A stretch of DNA of 59,846 bases from Lama guanicoe (taxonomy: Eukaryota). The notes beneath the pieces were generated by a model that was given only the letters and a program-made list of their open reading frames with translations, was not told the origin of the DNA and ran no database searches. Shown here in pieces: positions 53,491 to 59,846 of the stretch. The number at the start of each line of letters is the position of its first letter. The stretch's first letter is position 1. Where the stretch lies: contig MU054194.1 in the NCBI GenBank assembly GCA_013239625.1, forward strand, positions 214,071-273,916, written 5' to 3'. Both the position numbers and the translations under genes were made by a program.

Positions 53491-53699
53491 GAAAGAAAAC
53501 AAAAAAGTGAGCATGGAAGCAGGTACAGTTTTCGTTGTGCATGTCTCTGGAGCTGAATAGAAACAGCTAGTCCACAGTTTTCATCTGTGCTTCCTGGTTG
53601 AGTTCATCCAGGGGGCCTGTGCAGGATTCCTGGAGGGCTGAGCAAGTGTAGTTTAGCCCACCTCAGCCCCATTTTTGCATCAAACAGAGAAGCTCTTAC

Positions 53700-53773
53700 T
53701 GGGAATGTCATCCCTATCCTGGTTTTCATTTGAACATACAGTGAGGTTGGTGGATGGGAGGCATGGGTTGGGT
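53700..53773 (-). CDS. Coding exon C of the unidentified minus-strand gene
   Basis: Acceptor ctcacttcccccagccccccag|, donor CCCA|gtaaga. 74 nt, phase 2 to 1, reads PNPCLPSTNLTVCSNENQDRDDIP in frame with B and D. Confidence 0.65.
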
Positions 53774-54014
53774 CTGGGGGGCTGGGGGAAGTGAGCGATC
53801 AATAGATTTGAAACCAACAAGGGTCCTTAAAACCTCATTTTACAGATTAATGTAATTGGATTATAAATGGCAAGATCAAAATACTTTTCTCATTTAAATG
53901 TTGAGGCATTTTATACCACATTATAGGCTAGCATAAGGTATTTGGAGAGTGAGTATTTAATCATTCATCATGACAAAATGTCCTCAATCAATTGGAGTAG
54001 AAACAGTACAGATT

Positions 54015-54260
54015 CCTCATTCAGCAAAATATTTGGGTGCTCACTTGTGCCAGACACTCTGCAAGGCACTAGGAGTTGCATCATGGTGAAGAAGATGGTC
54101 CCTTCCCTCGAGAAGCCCACAGCCTAGTGGAGAGTGAGACAAAACTAGCAACGACTACACAATGGAGTGAGTGCTCTGGTACAATTAGCACAGGATGTGA
54201 GAGAAAACACGGGTGACCCAGATGGTGGCAGGGTTATTTCCAGGCTAAAGGAACCGCTAC
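54015..54260 (-). mobile_element. LINE-2 3' end
   Basis: cattcagcaaaatatttgggtgctcacttgtgccagacactctgcaaggcactagg..ggtcccttccctcgagaagcccacagcctagtg. Confidence 0.7.
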
Positions 54261-55172
54261 TTGGACGCTTGAATTTAAAATTATACTCAGCAATCACCAC
54301 AAACAGAGCTCAGATTTTTTTTAATTTAATTTTTTTCTTAATTCAAGTATAGTCAATTTACAATGTTGTGTTTATTTCTGGTGTACAGCATAGTGACATA
54401 TATACATTATATATACATATATAATATTATATATATATATACACACACACACATACATATACATATATGTATATATACACACACACATATGTATGTGTAT
54501 TCCTTTTCATATTCTTTCTCATTATAGACCATCACAAGGTATTGAATATACTTCCCTGTGCTATACAGTAGGACCTTGTTTGATAAAGTCATGTCAGCAT
54601 ACATCTAGAAGATTTTCCTCCAGACTCCTAGCCCAGCACAGTCCCACTATACCAGCTGACTTCTTCAGAGACTAGCAGGGTGCACCACAAACCGTTAAAC
54701 ATAAGAATTTATACTGACACACAGCGCCAAGAGAGAATGGGGGAAGACCTGAAGCGAGACTAAACCTACTATGATTAGGAAATGACTCAGAGCCATCCTG
54801 GATGCCTTTTCGTGCCAAACAACAGGCATGGACATGATGTGGGGAAATTTTTTCTGTATATGCATGTTGGGTTCACAGGCCGCTCCCTGTTGTGTGAGGT
54901 ATACGCATCGGGAAACAGTGAATTGGCCAGCCTTGCCATGGAGGCTTCACTTTGGGGGAATGGAGGACATGAAGGGCCAGGCTAAGGAATCTAGGATTTT
55001 CCCTGCTCACAGAGGTATCTGACAGGATCCATTAAGTGGAGTTGACCTGGTGATTGCTGGCTGGGTGTGGAATTGAAGGGTACAGAGGCACATATCTGGA
55101 GGTGAACATATTTAACTGAGAGCAGGAATATTCTGCTGTTTCCCCGCTGCTCCAGGATTTAGGTGTACTTAC

Positions 55173-55257
55173 TTAAGGGCAACTTCAATAGCCCAATAGG
55201 AGCCAAAGAGTATCACCCAAGACACGACAGAAGGATGCCTGGGCTGTCTCCAGGAAA
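55173..55257 (-). CDS. Coding exon B of the unidentified minus-strand gene
   Basis: Acceptor tttcttttttggttttgttttaaatcaaag|, donor CTTAA|gtaagt. 85 nt with only one open frame (V-SWRQPRHPSVVSWVILFGSYWAIEVAL-K), phase 1 to 2, matching both neighbours. Confidence 0.72.
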
Positions 55258-55337
55258 CTTTGATTTAAAACAAAACCAAAAAAGAAATATATCCTTTGTG
55301 ATAATCCTCTTCCCTCTCTCACTGCCCCTTCACATAC

Positions 55338-55501
55338 CAGATATTCCTTGGTTTTCCTGACTGAAAATGTGAATGCAGCAGTCATCTTTGTTTGGGTCAT
55401 TGAAAGGTGACGTGCTCCAGCCTAAAGCCTTTAGTAAGAGCAGGCCTCCCTTGGATACCCTTGATTGGGAGACTATATCCCAGAGAGCATGGGTAGGAAG
55501 G
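55338..55501 (-). CDS. Coding exon A of an unidentified spliced minus-strand gene (5' boundary uncertain)
   Basis: Donor TCTG|gtatgt at 55337. Frame open from 55512 to 55338 (LPTHALWDIVSQSRVSKGGLLLLKALGWSTSPFNDPNKDDCCIHIFSQENQGIS). Possible acceptors give starts at 55501, 55472 or 55421. Ends in phase 1, matching exon B across an 80-nt intron. Confidence 0.6.
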
Positions 55502-55821
55502 CTGTTTGCACATTAGAGCGACGTCTCAGAACCCCCAGTGTCCTATTATAATTGAATGTGAAGTCAAGAGGGTGGGATTCTTCACCCTTCTAAGAAAAAG
55601 GTGAGTCGTGAATCTGAAGCAGAAACCCCAACCGCAGTCCATTGCCTTCCTGTGACTTGCAGTATCAACAAAATGGCACTTTGTAGCTGATCTGAATCAC
55701 TTCATGGATCCCCTTGATGTGGGAAGGCACGCAGTCGCAGGTGTCAATTTGGATTCCCTTTTTCTCTTCTGTATTTGGCGCTATCTGCTCCCATGCCATT
55801 ATTGACTGGTTGCATAAGTTC

Positions 55822-56949
55822 TTTATTTTTTATTGAACCATAGTAATTGCAACATTATGTTAGTTTCGGTTGTACAGCATTGTGATCCAGTGTTTTTGCA
55901 GATTATACTCCGTTATAGATTATTACAAAATAATGGCTATAATTTCCTTTGCAATACAGTATAGCTTGTTGCTTATCAATTTTATATGTATTGGCTTGTA
56001 TCTGTTAATCCTTCCCCACAATTTGTCCCTTCCCCCTTTCCTCTCCTCTTTGGTAACCGCAAGTTTGTTTTCTGTATCTGTGGTCTGTTTCTGTTTTGCA
56101 TATGATTTATTTCTATTATCTTTGAGATTGCACATGTAAGTGATATCTTGCAGCGTCTGTCTTTTTCTGTCTGACATTTCACTAAGCATGATAATCTTTA
56201 GGTCCTTCCATGTTGCTGCAAATGGCAGTATTTCGTGCTTTTTAATGTCTGAGTTACATTCCATTACATAGATACAGTTGTATAGATATATAGGTATGGT
56301 ACATTCTACATCTTCTTAATCCAATCATCTGTTGATAGGCACTTGGGATGCTTTCATGTTTTGGCCATTGTAAATAGAGCTGCTATGAACATTGGGGTGC
56401 ATGTATTTTTTTCAAATTAGTGTTTTCATTATTTCTCTGCATATATACCCAGGAGTGGAATTGCTGGATCATATGGTAGTTTAAGTTTTAGTTTAGTTTA
56501 GTTTAGTTTGTTTTTTTTTTTAGGAGCCACCATACGAGTTTCCATAGTGGTTGCACCAATTTACATTTCCATCAACAGTGTACAAGGATTCCTTTTTCTC
56601 CCCATCTTCTTCAACATTGGTTCTCTGTGGACTTCCTGATGATATGCAGTCTGACAGTTGTGAGGTGATATCTCATTGCTGTTTTGATTTGCATGTCTCT
56701 AATAATTAAACATATTGAGCATCTTTTCATCTGCCTGTGAGTCATTGATGTGTCTTCTTTCAATAAAAATGTCTATTCAAGTCTTCTGCCCAATTTTAAA
56801 TGGATTTATTTTTTGATATTGAGTTGTATGAGCTCTTTGTATATTTTGGATATTAACCCCTTGTTGATTGCATCATTTGAAACTATTTTCACCCATTGCA
56901 TAGATTGTGTTTTTGTTTTGATGATGGTTTTCTTTGCTGTGCAAAAGGT
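55822..56949 (-). mobile_element. Older L1 3' end
   Basis: Reverse peptide 55923-56264 (ILPFAATWKDL) and 3' UTR. Confidence 0.85.
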
Positions 56950-57271
56950 TTTTTTCTTTTTTAACATTTCTTATTGAGCTATAGTCATTTTACAATGTTG
57001 TGTCAATTTTCAGTGTAGAGCACAACTTTCTAGTTTTACATGAACATACATATATTCATAGTCGCATTTTTTTTTCACTGTGAGCTACCACAAGATCTTG
57101 TATATATTTCCATGTGCTATACAGTATAATCTTGCTTATCTTTTCTACATATGCCGGTCAATATCTACAAATTTCGAAATCCCAGTCTGTCCCTTCCCAC
57201 CCCATCCCCCTTGGCAACCACAAGTTTGTATTCTATGTCTATGAGTCTATTTCTGTTTTGTATTTATGCTT

Positions 57272-57315
<44 letters not shown>

Positions 57316-58745
57316 AGATTCCACATATGGGCGATATCGTACGGTAGTTTTCTTTCTCTTTCTGGCTTACTTCACTTAGAATGACATTCTCCAGGGACAT
57401 CCATGTTGCTGCAAATGGCGTTATGTTGTCACTTTTTATGGCTGAATAGTATTCCATTGTATAAATATACCACCACTTCTTTATCCAGTCATCTGTTGAT
57501 GGACATTTAGGCCGTTTCCATGTTTTGGCTATTGTAAATAGTGTTGCTATGAACATTGGGGTGCAGGTGTCTTTTTGAAGTAGGGTTCCTTCTGGATATA
57601 TGCCCAGGACCAGCATTACTGGGTCACATGATGAGTCTATTCCTAGTCTTTTGAGGAATCTCCATACTGTTTTCCACAGTGGCTGCACCAAACTGCATTC
57701 CCACCAGCAGTGTAGGAGGGTTCCCTTTTCTCCACAGCCTCTTCAGCATTTGTCATTTGTGGACTTTTGAGTGATGGCCATTCTGACTGGTGTGAGGTGA
57801 TACCTCATTGTAGTTTTGATTTGCACTTCTCTGATAATTAGTGATATTGAGCAGCTTTTCATGTGCCTTTTGATCATTTGTATGTCTTCCTTGGAGAATT
57901 GCTTGTTTAGGTCTTCTGCCCATTTATGAATTGGGTTGTTTGCTTTTTTCTTATTGAGTCACATGAGCTGCTTCTATATTCTGGAGATCAAGCCTTTGTC
58001 AGTTTCATCTTTTGCAAAAATTTTCTCCCATTCTGTAGGCTGTCGTTTTGTTTTGCTTATGGTTTCCTTTGCTGTGCAGAAGCTTGTAAGTTTAATTAGG
58101 TCCTATTTGTTTATTCTTGCCTTTATTTCTATTGTGGTGGTAGACTGCCCTAGGAGAACATTTTTGAGATGTATGTGAGATAATGTTTTGCCTATATTTT
58201 CTTCTCGGAGTTTTATTGTATCTTGTCTTATGTTTAAGTCTTTGATCCATTTTGAGTTTGCTTTTGTGTATGGTGTATGGGAGTGTTCTAGCTTCACTGA
58301 TCTACATGCTGCTGTCCAGTTTTCCCAACACCTTTTGCTGAAGAGACTGTCTTTATTCCATTGTGTATTCTTGCCTCCTTGGTCGAAGATTAGTTGACCA
58401 AAAGTTTGTAGGTTCATTTCTGGGCTCTCATTTCTGTTTCATCGGTCCATATATCTGTTTTTGTACCAATCCCATGCTGTCTTGATGACTGTAGCTCTAT
58501 AGTATACTCTGAAGTCTGGGAGAGGTATTCCTCCAGCCCCTTTCTTTTTCTTCAGTAATGCTTTGGCAATTCTAGGTCTTTTGTGGTTCCCTATAAATTT
58601 TATTATGATTTGTTCTAGTTCTACAAAATGTGTCCTGGGTAATTTGTTAAGGATTTCATTAAATCTGTAGATTGCCTTGGGCAGTATGACCATTTCAACA
58701 ATATTGATTCTTCCAATCCAGGAGTAGGGGATACCTTTCCATTTT
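56950..58745 (-). mobile_element. Young lineage-specific L1 3' portion with disrupted ORF2
   Basis: Reverse peptides 57239-57691, 58103-58417 and 58439-58693, closely similar to the element at 1-1254; T-rich tail at about 56950. Confidence 0.95.
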
Positions 58746-59846
58746 GTCAGGTTTGTTTTTATTATATTACTTATGACAATACAATCACATCAAGTTAATA
58801 TATGTTGACAAGTTTGTAACAGATGTAATACAACCTTTCTGACTTTTAGTAAACCTAGGTATAATAAAAGTATTATATTTAATATTGATGACTCCAAAGA
58901 CATCTCATGCCTGTTTATGGCTTGCTAAACATGTATTTTACATCTGCTTTAATCATTAAGAGGGGAAAAAAAGGACTACAAAGTTGCATTTTGATCATTA
59001 TCCTCATTGTAAAATGTCTACTAATATTCAAATGTTTGTCCAGGTGCTATGACAAAGCAGTCAAAGAAAGAAGCAGTGCTTTCATAATACAAAATACCGA
59101 TGCTAAGTTTAAAACTAGAAACTACTTCTAACTCAGTGCCCATTCTGCAAATTAAGGCAGTACCAAACCCCATTTCAGGAGAAAATAGCCGGAGAGATTG
59201 TTGCCCTATTCCCTCAAAGATTTGGGGAAAATTGAAACAAAAATGGGAACTAAAACTGTATTCCTCTGCCAAGTTTATGACTAACCTCTCTATCCAAAAA
59301 CTTCATTCCCCTTCAAGGGGAAAAAAAGGTACTACAAAGTTGCATTTTGATCATTATCCTCATTGTAAAATGTCTACTAATATTCAAATGTTTGTCCAGG
59401 TGCTATGAGAAAGCAGTCAAAGAAAGAAGCAGTGCTTTCATAATACAAACTATTGATGCTAAGTTTAAAACTAGAAACTATTTCTAAATCAGTGCCCATT
59501 CTGCAAATTAAGGCAGTACCAAACCCCACTTCAGGAGAAAATAGCCGGAGAGATTGTTGCCCTACTCCCTCAAAGATTTGGGGAAAATTGAAACAAAAAT
59601 GGGAACTAAAACTGTATTCCTCTGCCAAGTTTATGACTAACCTCTCTATCCAAAAACTTCATTCCCCTTCTTCTTCTGCATCTGTTCCTTCTCAAGATTG
59701 AAGAATATTACAAAAATAAAGGGAGATTAAATCCAAGACTCTGGGACCTTTCCTGGGACAAAACCCAGTCCCATGTCCTCTCTCTGCCTTTTGTTTCCAA
59801 AAAAAAAAAGTAGCCTCCTATCTAATTCCCAAAAATAACTTTAATC
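58746..59846. mobile_element. Probable ERV1 internal remnant containing a ~355 bp tandem duplication (58961-59314 and 59316-59670)
   Basis: The duplication is directly visible. The ERV-internal assignment rests on resemblance to MER4-group internal sequence and is tentative. Confidence 0.5.

Noticed and set aside
1..59846. X-chromosome location
   Set aside because: High L1 density is suggestive, but no marker gene was recognised, so it cannot be determined from this sequence.

Overview
Mammalian nuclear DNA from a gapped scaffold (five N-gaps), very probably camelid because it carries tRNA-Ala-derived Vic-1-type SINEs and I saw no ruminant, pig or primate SINEs. Most of the window is stacked LINE-1 debris of several ages, plus MaLR/ERV LTRs and DNA transposons. 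Two genes stand out. (1) An intact, intronless, CpG-rich 368-aa Y-box (cold-shock-domain) ORF at 51014-52120 (+), which looks like an old, strongly diverged retrocopy of the long YBX3 isoform and has CRE, RFX X-box and GC-box motifs upstream. (2) A spliced minus-strand gene not evident from the ORF track. Four exons (55338-~55501, 55173-55257, 53700-53773, 52839-53001) splice in frame. A fifth exon (52642-52718) contains either the stop or a 1-nt homopolymer frameshift, and a likely sixth lies at 39239-39361. I do not recognise this protein. The Y-box retrogene appears to sit antisense inside its intron. Also present: a degenerate ~95-120 bp tandem array with a dyad motif (29.3-32.5 kb), four near-identical 240-560 bp tandem duplications, and a locally templated inverted 50-bp insertion. 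Repeat subfamily names are from memory and approximate.
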